A stretch of 63,925 bases of DNA, filler included, from an uncultured bacterium (GCA_964449065.1; 4 parts of 4 records of this genome joined end to end with filler, not necessarily neighbours in it); one strand, 5' to 3'; shown: positions 20,429 to 31,119, counted from the whole stretch's first letter. Program-made: numbers and translations. Notes: generated from the sequence alone by a model not told the origin.

Positions 20429-20965
20429 TTACGATTTTAGTATGTCATCCAATACCTGCTCGTATGCCTGGTATGATGTTTCGTCAAATAGCACAAAGCG
20501 AATCAACTCAATGCCTGTGGTTCCCAATACATATTGCCGAACCGTGGTGAGTGCGATTTCGGCCGCTTCTTGTATGGGATATCGATAAGCCCCGGTACTG
20601 ATGGAAGGAAACGCGATGGATTTCAAATTCTTTTCATCCGCCGTTTCCAGACTTTTTCTGTAACAAGAGGCCAACAGCTTATCTTCCCGGTTTTTTCCGC
20701 CCTGATAGATTGGGCCGACGGCATGGATAACAAAACGGGCAGGTAAGTTCCCACCCGTTGTGATTTTAACATTGCCGGTTTCACATCCGCCGGTCTGTTT
20801 GCATTCATCCAATATTTTCGGTCCGCCGGCTTTATGAATCGCACCATCCACACCACCTCCCCCTAATAAGGAAGCATTGGCGGCATTGACGATGGCATCG
20901 GTAAACTGTTTGGTGATATCGCCTTGAACCAGTTCCAAAGTGGATCGGCCGATTTCACATTTCAT
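20429..20965 (-). CDS. Macrodomain O-acetyl-ADP-ribose deacetylase (YmdB-like)
   Basis: GDIT, IVNAAN, GGGGVDGAIH, HAVGP, FPSISTG. Confidence 0.93.
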   Translation of the reverse strand: MKCEIGRSTLELVQGDITKQFTDAIVNAANASLLGGGGVDGAIHKAGGPKILDECKQTGGCETGNVKITTGGNLPARFVIHAVGPIYQGGKNREDKLLASCYRKSLETADEKNLKSIAFPSISTGAYRYPIQEAAEIALTTVRQYVLGTTGIELIRFVLFDETSYQAYEQVLDDILKS

Positions 20966-20967
20966 AT

Positions 20968-21270
20968 TTAATTGCCGGATTCCAGAAAACTTTTTAAGTC
21001 TTTTACGCCTTCAGACGATTGCGCAACCTGCATGGCTTTTTCTTTTGCCGATTGACTTGGAACTTCACCATCCAACGTGACCGAACCTTTGTGCACCCAG
21101 ATATCAATGCCAAACGGCCCTGACGGTCCGGATGGGGATTCCAATTGCGCTTTAATGTTGTTGGCGATGTCTTGATCCGTTAACGTCGTTTTTTTTGTGG
21201 ATGCGCAATTCATCAACCCAATGCACAATACCCCTGCGGCAATCATGCCGAATACCTTTGCGTGTTTCAT
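20968..21270 (-). CDS. BON-domain lipoprotein
   Basis: Lipobox-like LMNC; DQDIANNIKAQL...GSVTLDGEV...GVK BON pattern. Confidence 0.8.
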   Translation of the reverse strand: MKHAKVFGMIAAGVLCIGLMNCASTKKTTLTDQDIANNIKAQLESPSGPSGPFGIDIWVHKGSVTLDGEVPSQSAKEKAMQVAQSSEGVKDLKSFLESGN

Positions 21271-21424
21271 TACAGCCTCCTAGCCGGAAATATCGTAAGA
21301 TTCAATCAGTATATCATAAACGTGCTCTTAATGGACTGCAAGATGATGCAAGCAGTGTTTTTAGAACGATTGCTTTCTTTTGATAAAAGGGTTTGGTGGC
21401 ACGGATTAAATGAAATTCGTTATT

Positions 21425-21583
21425 TTAATTTATGATTTCATTCATGTGGTTCTGATCCTGCAATGCCAATTTACAGGGTGCCAGAGCATTCAATTCTTCG
21501 TCATTTAGAATGACAACAAGTTCCATGTCATTCTTCATTATGATCTCATTGAATCTTGTACTATATCGATAGGCAGATTTCAT
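21425..21583 (-). pseudogene. Possible remnant of a small antitoxin-like gene (52-codon ORF)
   Basis: MKSAYRYSTRFNEIIMKNDMELVVILNDEELNALAPCKLALQDQNHMNEIIN, directly downstream of the PIN toxin; no clear RBS. Confidence 0.25.
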
Positions 21584-21621
21584 CCATAGACTAAATAGAA
21601 GTAGTGTTTAATTTAGTCAGA

Positions 21622-22041
21622 CTAGGAAAATGGATTGATAATTTTGACGGAGCCGTAAGTTGTATCTTTGTCGAGATCTTCCGTGAATAACGTATTAATA
21701 CCGGATTCAATACATGATGCTAGAAGCATACAGTCCCAATGCGATAAACTATACCGCTTCATAAGATCGAAAGATATGTTCAACGTTGACTTTGTCGGGA
21801 TACAAAGTGGAAACATATCTATAACCTTTCTGGAGTAGAGTTCTACTTGATGGAGAGAGATTTTCCCATTGCTTTGCCATTTACGAAGGCAACTTAAAAA
21901 TTCACCGGCAACTTGCCATAGCAAAACTGTTTCACTCTGAGAGTGAACTAGTTGTTGAAGTAGATCAATTGCAATTGGCTGTTTTACCGGTTCATCATGA
22001 TCAACAGAATAAACCAATATGTTCGTGTCAATCGTTTTCAT
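21622..22041 (-). CDS. PIN-domain (VapC-like) toxin
   Basis: IDTNILVY, QVAGEF, LSHWDC, LFTEDL, INPF; start MKTIDTN overlaps the antitoxin stop. Confidence 0.9.
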   Translation of the reverse strand: MKTIDTNILVYSVDHDEPVKQPIAIDLLQQLVHSQSETVLLWQVAGEFLSCLRKWQSNGKISLHQVELYSRKVIDMFPLCIPTKSTLNISFDLMKRYSLSHWDCMLLASCIESGINTLFTEDLDKDTTYGSVKIINPFS

Positions 22042-22252
22042 ACAACTCATCCCGGACAAAGTGTAGTCCGCCGGAGTGAACTGGATGCAGCTGAATTAAT
22101 TCCTTAAAAGATTCAAAAATTTGTTGTGTATCTTTTGTTTTAAAAGGAATCCGTTCCAGATTCACTGTTACCCGGCTTTTGTTGGGAATATCCACAAGAT
22201 GATCGAGGTAAATCATGCCGTCTTGAATTGTGCCTGTAGTTTGAATTTTCAT
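22028..22252 (-). CDS. Putative antitoxin of the VapBC-like pair
   Basis: 74 aa, overlaps the PIN gene, C-terminal RDELYE typical of such antitoxins. Confidence 0.7.
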   Translation of the reverse strand: MKIQTTGTIQDGMIYLDHLVDIPNKSRVTVNLERIPFKTKDTQQIFESFKELIQLHPVHSGGLHFVRDELYEND

Positions 22253-22459
22253 TTATTAACTCCAAAAATATGCGCTCTCGGTCAGTCTTGCAAAATGTTC
22301 AACCTTTTTTTTTGCGTATTGTATCGCGTTGCGGATTTGTTTGTTCGGATGATTCGCCAATTATTTTACGTTAGATTTTATCATTCTATCCAAATTTTTC
22401 CAAATTGTTTTCAATGGATACAAACCTTATATTGATAGTGTTATGCTTTGCTTCAACAC

Positions 22460-22486
22460 AAAAAACGCCCGGATGCCGGGCGTTTT
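22460..22486 (-). terminator. Rho-independent terminator of the cold-shock gene
   Basis: AAAACGCCCGG-ATG-CCGGGCGTTTT hairpin with a U-tract on the minus strand. Confidence 0.8.
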
Positions 22487-22512
22487 CATCACAAACGGAA
22501 TGCGTATTCACC

Positions 22513-22722
22513 CTATTCGGATGAGAGCGGTTTTACATGAAGCGCTTTGGGGCCTTTGTCGCGTTCTTCCAACTCAAACTCCACTTCTTCGTTTTCATGC
22601 AGGGTTTTAAACCCGTCTCCCTCAATGCTGCTGTAATGCACAAACACATCCGCACCATCATCTTGTTCAATGAATCCGAATCCTTTTTTTTCATTAAACC
22701 ATTTCACACGTCCTACAGCCAT
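22513..22722 (-). CDS. Cold-shock protein (CspA family)
   Basis: [29 protein letters not shown] before ATG 22722. Confidence 0.96.
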   Translation of the reverse strand: MAVGRVKWFNEKKGFGFIEQDDGADVFVHYSSIEGDGFKTLHENEEVEFELEERDKGPKALHVKPLSSE

Positions 22723-22868
22723 GTCTCTATCCTCCCCAAAAAGAAAGTCAAATTGCAATGCAGCCTTCTTTTGGGCTGCGATTACTAAATAAAGCGATAT
22801 TATTTTAAAGAAAATTAATATAAAGATATAGGGTTATTTTAATTTTCTATCAATTTATTCTATGGTTC

Positions 22869-23600
22869 TCATCCCTCTGCCCGAATCCATTCGGCGATTT
22901 TTTGAATGTCTTCTTTTACCAACATATCCGCTCCCAGGGGCATATAGGGTTCGGCTTCGTGAATGACCATTTGGTAGAGTACACTTTGTTCTGGATTCCC
23001 CGGTACGATTACTTTCCCGACGTTGCCGCCTTTTAAGATATCTTCACGGGAAGTTAATTTGAGATTGCCGCCCGGTTCGGTATCCCCATGGCAAGCGATG
23101 CAGTTATTCTCAATAATCGGCACAATCTCTTTGGCGAAAATGGTTTGCGCATTTGCCGTATCTTGTTTCTTTTCCACGGGTTCTTCCGGTTTCTCTTTTG
23201 GAGGCAATGCCGTATCTTCTGCCGGCTCTTCAGGCAATGGAGTTCTGCTTAATCGCGAGATGAGTTTGCGGCCGGATTCCAGCGTTTTGAATTTTGTTTC
23301 CAACTCTTTCTTTTGAGCCGTGAGTTTCTCCAACTGTTTTTTTACGGATTCGATTTCCTCATCAATGCGGGCAAGTTCTTCTTTGCTTTTTTCCACTTCT
23401 TCTTCAAACCACTCCTCCACCAATTTCATGGATTCGGGATTGGAGCGCAGTACCTTTAAACTCTCAATCAATTGATCCAGTGCTTGCTGTTGTTCTTCCG
23501 TTATACTCGATTTTTCTGACTCTTGATGACTGGCTGCCCATCCTGCCGGCACATAAACCAGACAAAACGCGATTAATCCCAACAAACAAATTGTTTTCAT
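22869..23600 (-). CDS. Exported coiled-coil protein with a planctomycete-type monoheme cytochrome c domain
   Basis: Signal peptide, long coiled coil, then IVPIIENNCIACHG...IVPGNPEQS...MP...IAEWI. Confidence 0.8.
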   Translation of the reverse strand: MKTICLLGLIAFCLVYVPAGWAASHQESEKSSITEEQQQALDQLIESLKVLRSNPESMKLVEEWFEEEVEKSKEELARIDEEIESVKKQLEKLTAQKKELETKFKTLESGRKLISRLSRTPLPEEPAEDTALPPKEKPEEPVEKKQDTANAQTIFAKEIVPIIENNCIACHGDTEPGGNLKLTSREDILKGGNVGKVIVPGNPEQSVLYQMVIHEAEPYMPLGADMLVKEDIQKIAEWIRAEG

Positions 23601-23621
23601 ATTCTTAGTACTCCTTAAAAT

Positions 23622-25286
23622 TTACGCCAATGTTTTTACATCGACATAGCGAGCGCCGACTTTTTGTCCATCGATGGTCAACCAGGCTTCCAAGCGGGCA
23701 TTGCCTTGGGGCAATTTAACGTTTTTGAAGGTGTGTTCTGTTGTACCTTTGCCGATGGGTTTGCTTAGCCATACATCACCGAGTTTAAAATCAATGGTGC
23801 CGTCTCCGGTGGCGGGCAGCGTGCGCAGAGTGATGTCATACACATGATCATTCGCGACATAGACCTCCCAATGCCCTAACGATTCTTTCCCCCAACCGGC
23901 GTTCTCTCCCCGCCAGTCTTGGATGGTAAGAGTGACGGGGTTTTCGAATTCGGTTCCGATATGGATGCGGGGCGGATCATACCCGCGGGTGGAAGATACA
24001 TCGTCAAACCATTTCATGTACTCGTCACGCAGCCGCTTTACGATACCGGGGTGATCAGCGGCGATATCCTTTAACTCGCGCGGGTCGTTTTCGATGTCAT
24101 AAAGTTCTTCTCCATCGACGAGCTTGTAGCGCGGCTCTCTAACCGCGCTGTTGCGAAACGGTTCGGGTTCATCACCGCGGTGCCATTGCAGAACGATGGT
24201 ACGGTCTTCCATCGTATCCGTATCCCCTTTGAGCAGCGGATACAAACTTTTGCCGTCGATTTTTCGGTCCTGTGGAAGTTCAATTCCGCATATATCCGCT
24301 ATTGTGGGAACAATGTCGATGTGGGCCGCGATTGGATTGACTTTGCGGTTTGCCGCAAACTCGCGGGGGTAGCGGATATAGAAAGGAACGCGGATTCCAC
24401 CTTCATAAACGCTGCCTTTTCTTTCGCGCAATCCGGCGTTGTAGCGGTTTTGCTGTGCCCCGTTATCGGTCATGAAGATGACGATGGTGTCTTCCGTTTT
24501 GTTCACCCGTTCCAGCCAGGTTAAGAGTTTGCCCACGTTTTCATCGATGTTCTCAATCATCCCGTAGATTTTGGCGGTAGTTTCATCCAGCCCCATATCC
24601 AGATAAGGCTGGACGTATTTATCCGCGATTTGCAGCGGCGTATGGGGGCAGTTGGTGGATAGATAGACAAAGAACGGCTGGCGGTAGCGTGGGTCTTTGA
24701 TGAATTCAATCGCGGCATCGGTGAAGATATCGGTGCAATAGCCCCGGAAACGTTTTTGTGTCCCGTTATGCCGTAAGATGGGATCAAAGTATGTATTGCC
24801 GGGTGGGTCGGAGGGCTGTGCCAAGCCGCCTCCATTGTGTACCAGTTCTTCATCAAAGCCTTGGTCAAAGGGGCGCAAGGGGTAGTTGTCGCCCAAATGC
24901 CATTTGCCAAAGATTCCGGTGCGGTAGCCCGATTCGTTGAGCATTTCAGCCAACGTGATTTCATCGCTGTGCATCATCGAACGTCCCAAGAAGGTATCCA
25001 CAACGCCGGTGCGGTAGTTGTAGCGTCCGGTTAGCAGGCAGGCACGGGTAGGAGAGCAAACCGGCATGACATAAAACTGCTCACACGAGACCGACTCTTT
25101 GGTGAAGGCATCTATATTCGGTGTGCGAAGGTAGGGGTTGCCATGCGCGCCCAAATCGCCGTAGCCTTGGTCATCGGTCATAATGAGAATGATATTGGGT
25201 TTGCGCTGCGCGACGGCTTCCTTCTGGCTGATCATCGAAACCGCCGCGGCGGCGCTGGTGGATGAGATAAACGTTCTTCGTTTCAT
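23622..25286 (-). CDS. Arylsulfatase (formylglycine-dependent) with Tat signal
   Basis: KRRTFI Tat motif; PNIILIMTDDQGYGD, CSPTRA, GKWHLG. Confidence 0.93.
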   Translation of the reverse strand: MKRRTFISSTSAAAAVSMISQKEAVAQRKPNIILIMTDDQGYGDLGAHGNPYLRTPNIDAFTKESVSCEQFYVMPVCSPTRACLLTGRYNYRTGVVDTFLGRSMMHSDEITLAEMLNESGYRTGIFGKWHLGDNYPLRPFDQGFDEELVHNGGGLAQPSDPPGNTYFDPILRHNGTQKRFRGYCTDIFTDAAIEFIKDPRYRQPFFVYLSTNCPHTPLQIADKYVQPYLDMGLDETTAKIYGMIENIDENVGKLLTWLERVNKTEDTIVIFMTDNGAQQNRYNAGLRERKGSVYEGGIRVPFYIRYPREFAANRKVNPIAAHIDIVPTIADICGIELPQDRKIDGKSLYPLLKGDTDTMEDRTIVLQWHRGDEPEPFRNSAVREPRYKLVDGEELYDIENDPRELKDIAADHPGIVKRLRDEYMKWFDDVSSTRGYDPPRIHIGTEFENPVTLTIQDWRGENAGWGKESLGHWEVYVANDHVYDITLRTLPATGDGTIDFKLGDVWLSKPIGKGTTEHTFKNVKLPQGNARLEAWLTIDGQKVGARYVDVKTLA

Positions 25287-25346
25287 GCTTTATTCCTTTA
25301 TATTAAATAATCTCTGTGTTCTCTGTGTCTCAGTGGTGATTATCTA

Positions 25347-26597
25347 TTACCAATCCACAACTGACCCGTCTTCCGGGTTATAGGTTTCCGGGTTTTTCCA
25401 ATCGTGGTCATACTTATCTTCCATCGCGTCTTCGTCTAATTCAACGCCTAGGCCGGGTTTTGTTGGCAGATCTGTATAGCCGTCTTTCATCTCAAACGGT
25501 TCTTTGATGTAGCCGTGGCCGAGAGAGGATTGCTCTTGCACCAAGAAGTTGGGAATCGAAGCGGCAATTTGCAGCCCGGCTGCCAACGATATCGGCCCCA
25601 GCGGATTGTGCGGTGCCAGCGGGGTGTAGTAAGCCTCTGCCATCCCGGCTATGAGGCGTACTTCCGTGATGCCGCCCGCATGGCTTAAATCGGGCTGAAT
25701 GATATTGGCCGCGCGTTTTTCTAAAATTTCACGAAAGCCCCATTTGGTGAAGATGCGTTCTCCGGTCGCGATAGGAATATGCGTGGAATGTTGGATTTCC
25801 GCCATAACATCGACATTCTGGCTTTGAACCGGTTCTTCGATGAAAAAGGGCTGGTACGGCTCTAACGCTTTCACCAACAACTGCGCCGTTTGGGGGGATA
25901 CCGCTCCATGAAAATCGGTTGCGATATCAATATTATCGCCTGCGGCTTCACGAAGCTCACCAAACTGTTCCGCGGAACGCTCCACTTCCCCCTTGGATGA
26001 AAGCGGTTTGTATGCATTTAATTTTTTGGGACCTGTTTTAAAAACAGTAAATCCTTTTTTGATACCTTCTTTGATATCATCCGGGTCATTGGCTCTGCCG
26101 TAAACACGGACTTTATCCCGCGTTGGTCCCCCTAAAAGCTCATAAACCGGAACGCCCAGCGCCTTCCCTTTGATATCCCACAACGCCTGATCGATGCCGC
26201 TGAGTACGCTGGTTAAAATGGGGCCTCCACGGTAAAAGGCGTGGCGGTAAATCGCCTGCCAGTGATGAGCCACCCGCCGGGGATCTTTCCCGATTAGGTA
26301 GTATTCAAGTTCTTGCACAGCGGTTTTACAGGTTTCTGCCCGGCCTTCCAAAATCGGTTCACCCAGGCCAACAATGCCCGCATCGGTATGAATTTTAAGG
26401 AACAGCCAGCGCGGTCGGACCAAAAACGGTTCAAGTTTTGTGATCTTGATATTGTCTTTGGGCGATATAGGGGCATCGCTTCCCACTTGGGCTTCCACCC
26501 GATTTTCCCAAAGTGAAAACGCGGACAATCCAACGGCAGCCGCACTGGTAGATAAAAACTGGCGGCGGGATAAAAAACGGTTACGGGTTTTATACAT
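25347..26597 (-). CDS. dgoD: Galactonate dehydratase-like enolase-superfamily enzyme with Tat-like leader
   Basis: PRWLFLKI, FYRGGPIL, DFHG, FIEEP, ATGER, APHNPLGP, C-terminal DGSVVDW; N-terminal SRRQFL. Confidence 0.8.
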   Translation of the reverse strand: MYKTRNRFLSRRQFLSTSAAAVGLSAFSLWENRVEAQVGSDAPISPKDNIKITKLEPFLVRPRWLFLKIHTDAGIVGLGEPILEGRAETCKTAVQELEYYLIGKDPRRVAHHWQAIYRHAFYRGGPILTSVLSGIDQALWDIKGKALGVPVYELLGGPTRDKVRVYGRANDPDDIKEGIKKGFTVFKTGPKKLNAYKPLSSKGEVERSAEQFGELREAAGDNIDIATDFHGAVSPQTAQLLVKALEPYQPFFIEEPVQSQNVDVMAEIQHSTHIPIATGERIFTKWGFREILEKRAANIIQPDLSHAGGITEVRLIAGMAEAYYTPLAPHNPLGPISLAAGLQIAASIPNFLVQEQSSLGHGYIKEPFEMKDGYTDLPTKPGLGVELDEDAMEDKYDHDWKNPETYNPEDGSVVDW

Positions 26598-26630
26598 CGA
26601 TACTCCCTTAAAATTACGCTGTTTAAAATA

Positions 26631-26686
26631 AATATTTAGATATACCTAAATATATTACTTGACATGATAAAATCTGAAGTTACATT
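26631..26686 (+). promoter_or_regulatory. DtxR/MntR-like operator palindrome and sigma70-type promoter of the tro operon
   Basis: ATTTAGATATACCTAAAT (26634-26651) just upstream of TTGACA (26659-64) and TACATT (26681-86); second copy at 31120-31137. Confidence 0.7.
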
Positions 26687-26741
26687 CTATTTTGTTCATC
26701 ATAACATAGGATGTACCGAATCTTCAAATGGAGCGTAACCA

Positions 26742-27656
26742 ATGAAAACGATTTTTTTACAAACAATACTATCTTTTTCTGTCTTGATTTGCAGTTCCAG
26801 CCACTTCGTACAGGCGCAGAGGATAAAGGTGACCTGTACCATTGCGCAAGTATCGGATTTGGTTCGCAATGTCGGCGGTGATGTGGTTGAAGTGACCACC
26901 CTGATGGGGGAAGGAGTCGATCCCCACTTATATAAAGCCTCACAAGGCGATATCGCCAAACTGATGAACGCGGACATAATTTTTTATAACGGTTTGATGC
27001 TGGAAGGCCGCATGGGCGACATTTTTGTCAAAATGGCCCGAACCGGAGTGATCACGATTCCCGTGACGGAAGCAATTGATCAAACCCGTCTGTTAGAACC
27101 ACCTGAGTTTGAAGGCCATTGGGATCCGCACGTCTGGATGGATCCATCTCTATGGGCGGAAACCATTCCGTTGGTGGTGGAACATTTATCGAAGTTAGAA
27201 CCGGAGCACGAACAACGCTTTATTGAAAATGGAAAACTATACAAGCAAAACCTTATGATCCTGCATGAAGAAACCAAAGAAAGGATTGCGTCCATCCCAA
27301 AAAAAAGACGGATATTAATTACGGCGCATGATGCCTTCGGTTATTTTGGGAAGGCATACGATATCGAAGTGCGCGGATTGCAGGGGATCAGCACCGCCAG
27401 TGAATTCGGCTTGCAGGATTTACAGGAATTGGTTGATTTAATTGTTGAACGGGAAGTGAAGGCCGTGTTTATTGAATCCAGTGTTCCCACCCGTTCGATT
27501 GAAGCGCTTATTGAAGGCTGCAAAGCCAAAGGCCATGCCATTGAAATCGGCGGCGAGTTATTTTCCGACGCGATGGGCGCCCCGGGCACACTCGAAGGAA
27601 CCTACATCGGCATGATCACCCATAATGTAGAGACAATCGTCAGCTCACTTAAATAA
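26742..27656 (+). CDS. troA: Mn/Zn/Fe ABC transporter substrate-binding protein (TroA-like)
   Basis: GVDPHLYKA, DPHVWMD, TAHDAFGYF, LFSDAMG. Confidence 0.9.
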   Translation: MKTIFLQTILSFSVLICSSSHFVQAQRIKVTCTIAQVSDLVRNVGGDVVEVTTLMGEGVDPHLYKASQGDIAKLMNADIIFYNGLMLEGRMGDIFVKMARTGVITIPVTEAIDQTRLLEPPEFEGHWDPHVWMDPSLWAETIPLVVEHLSKLEPEHEQRFIENGKLYKQNLMILHEETKERIASIPKKRRILITAHDAFGYFGKAYDIEVRGLQGISTASEFGLQDLQELVDLIVEREVKAVFIESSVPTRSIEALIEGCKAKGHAIEIGGELFSDAMGAPGTLEGTYIGMITHNVETIVSSLK

Positions 27657-27669
27657 AGTGGATGAATAA

Positions 27670-28509
27670 ATGAATACTATAGCGGAAGTACAACGTCTCG
27701 AAACAGCGCATCATCCGGACCAAAAGCATGATGTCATCCATCCGGTGGAAGTACATGACCTCACGGTTGCCTATCACCGCAGGCCGGTATTGTGGGATAT
27801 CGACTTTAAAGTACCGGAAGGCGTGTTGGTGGGGATCGTCGGTCCGAACGGGGCAGGGAAATCCACCCTGATTAAAGCCGCATTGGGGATGATTCCTCTC
27901 GCTTCAGGTTGGGTGAAATTTTATAGTCAACCCATCAACAAGCAGCGAAAAATCATCGGTTACGTTCCGCAGCGCGAATCGGTTGATTGGGATTTCCCCA
28001 CTCATGCCTTGGATGTGGTGCTGATGGGAACGTACGGCAAACTCGGCTGGATCCGCCGTCCCGGGCGCAAAGAGCGTGCGTTCGCGATGGAGTGCCTGCG
28101 TAAAGTCGGCATGGCGGATTATGCCAAGCGGCAAATCAGCCAACTATCGGGCGGGCAGCAGCAGCGGGTGTTTTTGGCACGGGCATTGGCGCAAGAATCA
28201 CAGATCTACTTTATGGATGAACCCTTCGCCGGTGTCGATGCCGCAACCGAGAAGTCTATTATAAAACTGCTGAATGAACTCAAATTACAAGGCAAAACCG
28301 TATTTGTCGTACACCACGATTTACAGACAGTGCAGGAATATTTCGATTGGGTGTTGATGCTGAACATGCGCCAAATCGCAATAGGACCGACCTCTAAGGT
28401 TTATAACGAAGACAATTTACGCAAAACCTATGGCGGCCGCTTAACCATTTTATCTCAAGTAGCGGATGCGGTGGCGCAGCAGGAACCGCGGAGATTGGAA
28501 CATGATTGA
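27670..28509 (+). CDS. troB: Metal ABC transporter ATP-binding protein (TroB-like)
   Basis: [40 protein letters not shown]. Confidence 0.9.
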   Translation: MNTIAEVQRLETAHHPDQKHDVIHPVEVHDLTVAYHRRPVLWDIDFKVPEGVLVGIVGPNGAGKSTLIKAALGMIPLASGWVKFYSQPINKQRKIIGYVPQRESVDWDFPTHALDVVLMGTYGKLGWIRRPGRKERAFAMECLRKVGMADYAKRQISQLSGGQQQRVFLARALAQESQIYFMDEPFAGVDAATEKSIIKLLNELKLQGKTVFVVHHDLQTVQEYFDWVLMLNMRQIAIGPTSKVYNEDNLRKTYGGRLTILSQVADAVAQQEPRRLEHD

Positions 28510-29791
28510 TTGGCTCTCGGACGCAAACGCGCGCTGGGTATTAACCGGCTGCTCCTTGCTGGGGTTCAGCAGCGGCATTTTAAGCAGCTTCGCGATGTTG
28601 CGTAAACGCAGTCTGCTGGGCGATGCGCTTGCTCATGCCGCGTTGCCGGGCATCTGTCTCGCTTTTATGATCACCGGTGAGCGGTCGGTTCCTGTCTTTA
28701 TGGTGGGCGCGATGATTTCGGGATTGCTCGGCGCGTTTATGATTCAAGCCATCACCCGCTATAGCCGCATTAAGCAAGATACCGCTTTGGGATTGGTTCT
28801 CAGCGTGTTCTTCGCGTTCGGCATCGTTTTGTTGACACGAATTCTGCATACCCCGGGGGGAACAAAATCCGGGTTGGATAAGTTTCTCTTCGGCCAGGCA
28901 GCCGCGATGACCGGGGATGATGTGCAGTGGATGGCTGTGTGTGCCGGGTTAACCGCGTTGCTGGCAGGCGGGCTATACAAGGAATTAAAACTACTTTGTT
29001 TTGATCCCGGTTTTGCGGATGGAATCGGCTATCCCTCGAAAATATTGGATTCATTTCTCAATATATTAATAGTCATAATTGTTATCACCGGACTGCAAGC
29101 AGTCGGAGTGGTTTTGATGGTGGCGATGTTGATTTCTCCGGCAGCAGCGGCACGGTTTTGGACGCACAAACTGGGGCGTATGGTCATCCTTTCAGGGATA
29201 ATCGGTGCCGTTTCAGGTGTGTTGGGGACATATTTCAGTACGCTGGCACCCCGTTTATCAACCGGACCGTTGATTGTGGTTGCCGTAACATCCATCTTCG
29301 TATTTTCTCTCTTTGCCGCCCCGCACCGGGGGTTGATCGCAAAACTGATTCGCTATACGCGATTACGGAAAACCGTTGCCCGCCAAAATATGCTGCGCAC
29401 ATTGTATGAAATGGCGGAAGAATCCGGCAATTGGCAAGAACGATTTGCGCTGCCAGTCGTCGCTATGCAGCGCAATCAGTCTGTGAAGACGGCAAGGCAT
29501 CAGATTGAAATACTTGAAAATGAAGGGGTAGCCGTTTTGGTGGATCACCAAGTGAATCTGACAGAAAAAGGGTTGCGCGAAGCGTATGAAATTGTTCGCA
29601 ATCACCGCCTGTGGGAAATGTTTTTGATGCACGAAGAGCAACTGGCGGCCGATCATGTTGACCGCGACGCGGATGAGATCGAACACTTTTTGCCGCGGGA
29701 ATCCGTGAAAGAATTGGAACGCTTGCTGCAAGTTCACGATAAAGAGTTGAAACTGCCGCCCAGCGTTCATCCGATACCTCAAGAAGCGTAA
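28502..29791 (+). CDS. troC: Metal ABC permease (TroC-like) fused to a C-terminal DtxR-like domain
   Basis: ABC-3 permease ([11 protein letters not shown]) followed by LTEKG...[11 protein letters not shown]...DADEIEH. Confidence 0.88.
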   Translation: MIDWLSDANARWVLTGCSLLGFSSGILSSFAMLRKRSLLGDALAHAALPGICLAFMITGERSVPVFMVGAMISGLLGAFMIQAITRYSRIKQDTALGLVLSVFFAFGIVLLTRILHTPGGTKSGLDKFLFGQAAAMTGDDVQWMAVCAGLTALLAGGLYKELKLLCFDPGFADGIGYPSKILDSFLNILIVIIVITGLQAVGVVLMVAMLISPAAAARFWTHKLGRMVILSGIIGAVSGVLGTYFSTLAPRLSTGPLIVVAVTSIFVFSLFAAPHRGLIAKLIRYTRLRKTVARQNMLRTLYEMAEESGNWQERFALPVVAMQRNQSVKTARHQIEILENEGVAVLVDHQVNLTEKGLREAYEIVRNHRLWEMFLMHEEQLAADHVDRDADEIEHFLPRESVKELERLLQVHDKELKLPPSVHPIPQEA

Positions 29792-29821
29792 AACTTCGTG
29801 AAGAGCGATTAGTGAAAAATT

Positions 29822-31102
29822 ATGTTTGATTTAACTAGCGCATTTCAAATTATTTTAACCGGATCATTCGTGGCCGCATCCTGCGCCATGCTGGGCTGTT
29901 TTTTAATCCTGCGCAAATTGGCGATGTTAGGCGATGCCATCAGCCACTCGATTTTGTTGGGTATCGTCATTGCGTTTTTGATCAGCAACAGCGCTGCCGC
30001 GTTGTTTATGTTTCTTGGGGCGGTTGCAATCGGCATTCTCACCACCTATTTTGTGCAGTTGCTTTCTACAGGAGGCGTTAACGAAGATGCCGCGATGGGG
30101 GTCACGTTTACCTTTATGTTCGCGTTGGGTGTCATCGGGGTTTCGGCCTTTGGTCACGGCGTGCACTTGGATTTAGATTGCGTGTTATACGGAGAAATTG
30201 CCTATACGCCTTTCGATCTTTGGTTTATCGGCGATCGGCACTACGGCCCCAAACCGTTATGGGTCAATGGCGGCCTGTTGGTATTGAATATCATCCTCAT
30301 TACATTGTTCTACAAAGAATTCAAACTCTGCACCTTTGATCCCGCCATGGCGGCATCCTGCGGGATTCCGGTTTTGGTCTTTCATTATCTGCTCATGTCG
30401 ATGGTTTCGGTTACGGTTGTTGGCGCCTTTGAAAGCGTCGGCGTGATATTGGTGATTGCCATGATTATCGCCCCCGCCGCGGCGGCCTATCTGCTAACCG
30501 ACCGGCTGGGATATATGATTTTCTATGCAATCGGCATCGGCTGTTTGTCATCCGTATCGGGATACTATGCATCCGTATTGTGGAACTGTTCTATCGCGGG
30601 AGCGATGGGAACGTCTGCGGGATTGTTTTTCTTTCTGGCATTTTTGTTTTCACCCGCGCACGGCGTACTCTACCGCTGGCTGCATCAATTGGAACTGCGC
30701 AGACAAGTGATGGAAGAAGACGCGCTGCTGTGGGCCGGCCGGCGGATGGAATTGGAAACCGCGGATGCGTTCAACTTTCGGGAAATGAAGAATGCCAACG
30801 ATTTTTCGCTGCGCAATGCGGCTGCCATCATAAAACGTCTTCTTCACAAAGGCTTATTTACCGGATCACAAGGCCGCTATGAACTGACCCGCAAAGGAAA
30901 GAATCAGTTTAATGAACTCATCAAACGCCACCGCGTATATGAATCATACTTGGGCGGGTTGGGATACCCCGAAGACCATATCCACGACCCCGCCGACCGG
31001 GTGGAACACCACATTCCACCGAACTTGGCCGATAAAATTGACCAAGAAGTAGAGCGTCCCGAACTCGACCCGCAGGGAAAATCCATCCCAAGAGAGCAAT
31101 AA
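29822..31102 (+). CDS. troD: Metal ABC permease (TroD-like) fused to a C-terminal DtxR-like domain
   Basis: GDAISHSIL, VHLDLDCVLYGE, then LTRKG...KRHRVYESYL...ADRVEHH...DPQGKSIP. Confidence 0.88.
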   Translation: MFDLTSAFQIILTGSFVAASCAMLGCFLILRKLAMLGDAISHSILLGIVIAFLISNSAAALFMFLGAVAIGILTTYFVQLLSTGGVNEDAAMGVTFTFMFALGVIGVSAFGHGVHLDLDCVLYGEIAYTPFDLWFIGDRHYGPKPLWVNGGLLVLNIILITLFYKEFKLCTFDPAMAASCGIPVLVFHYLLMSMVSVTVVGAFESVGVILVIAMIIAPAAAAYLLTDRLGYMIFYAIGIGCLSSVSGYYASVLWNCSIAGAMGTSAGLFFFLAFLFSPAHGVLYRWLHQLELRRQVMEEDALLWAGRRMELETADAFNFREMKNANDFSLRNAAAIIKRLLHKGLFTGSQGRYELTRKGKNQFNELIKRHRVYESYLGGLGYPEDHIHDPADRVEHHIPPNLADKIDQEVERPELDPQGKSIPREQ

Positions 31103-31119
31103 AAAATTTTAGCTTTATG

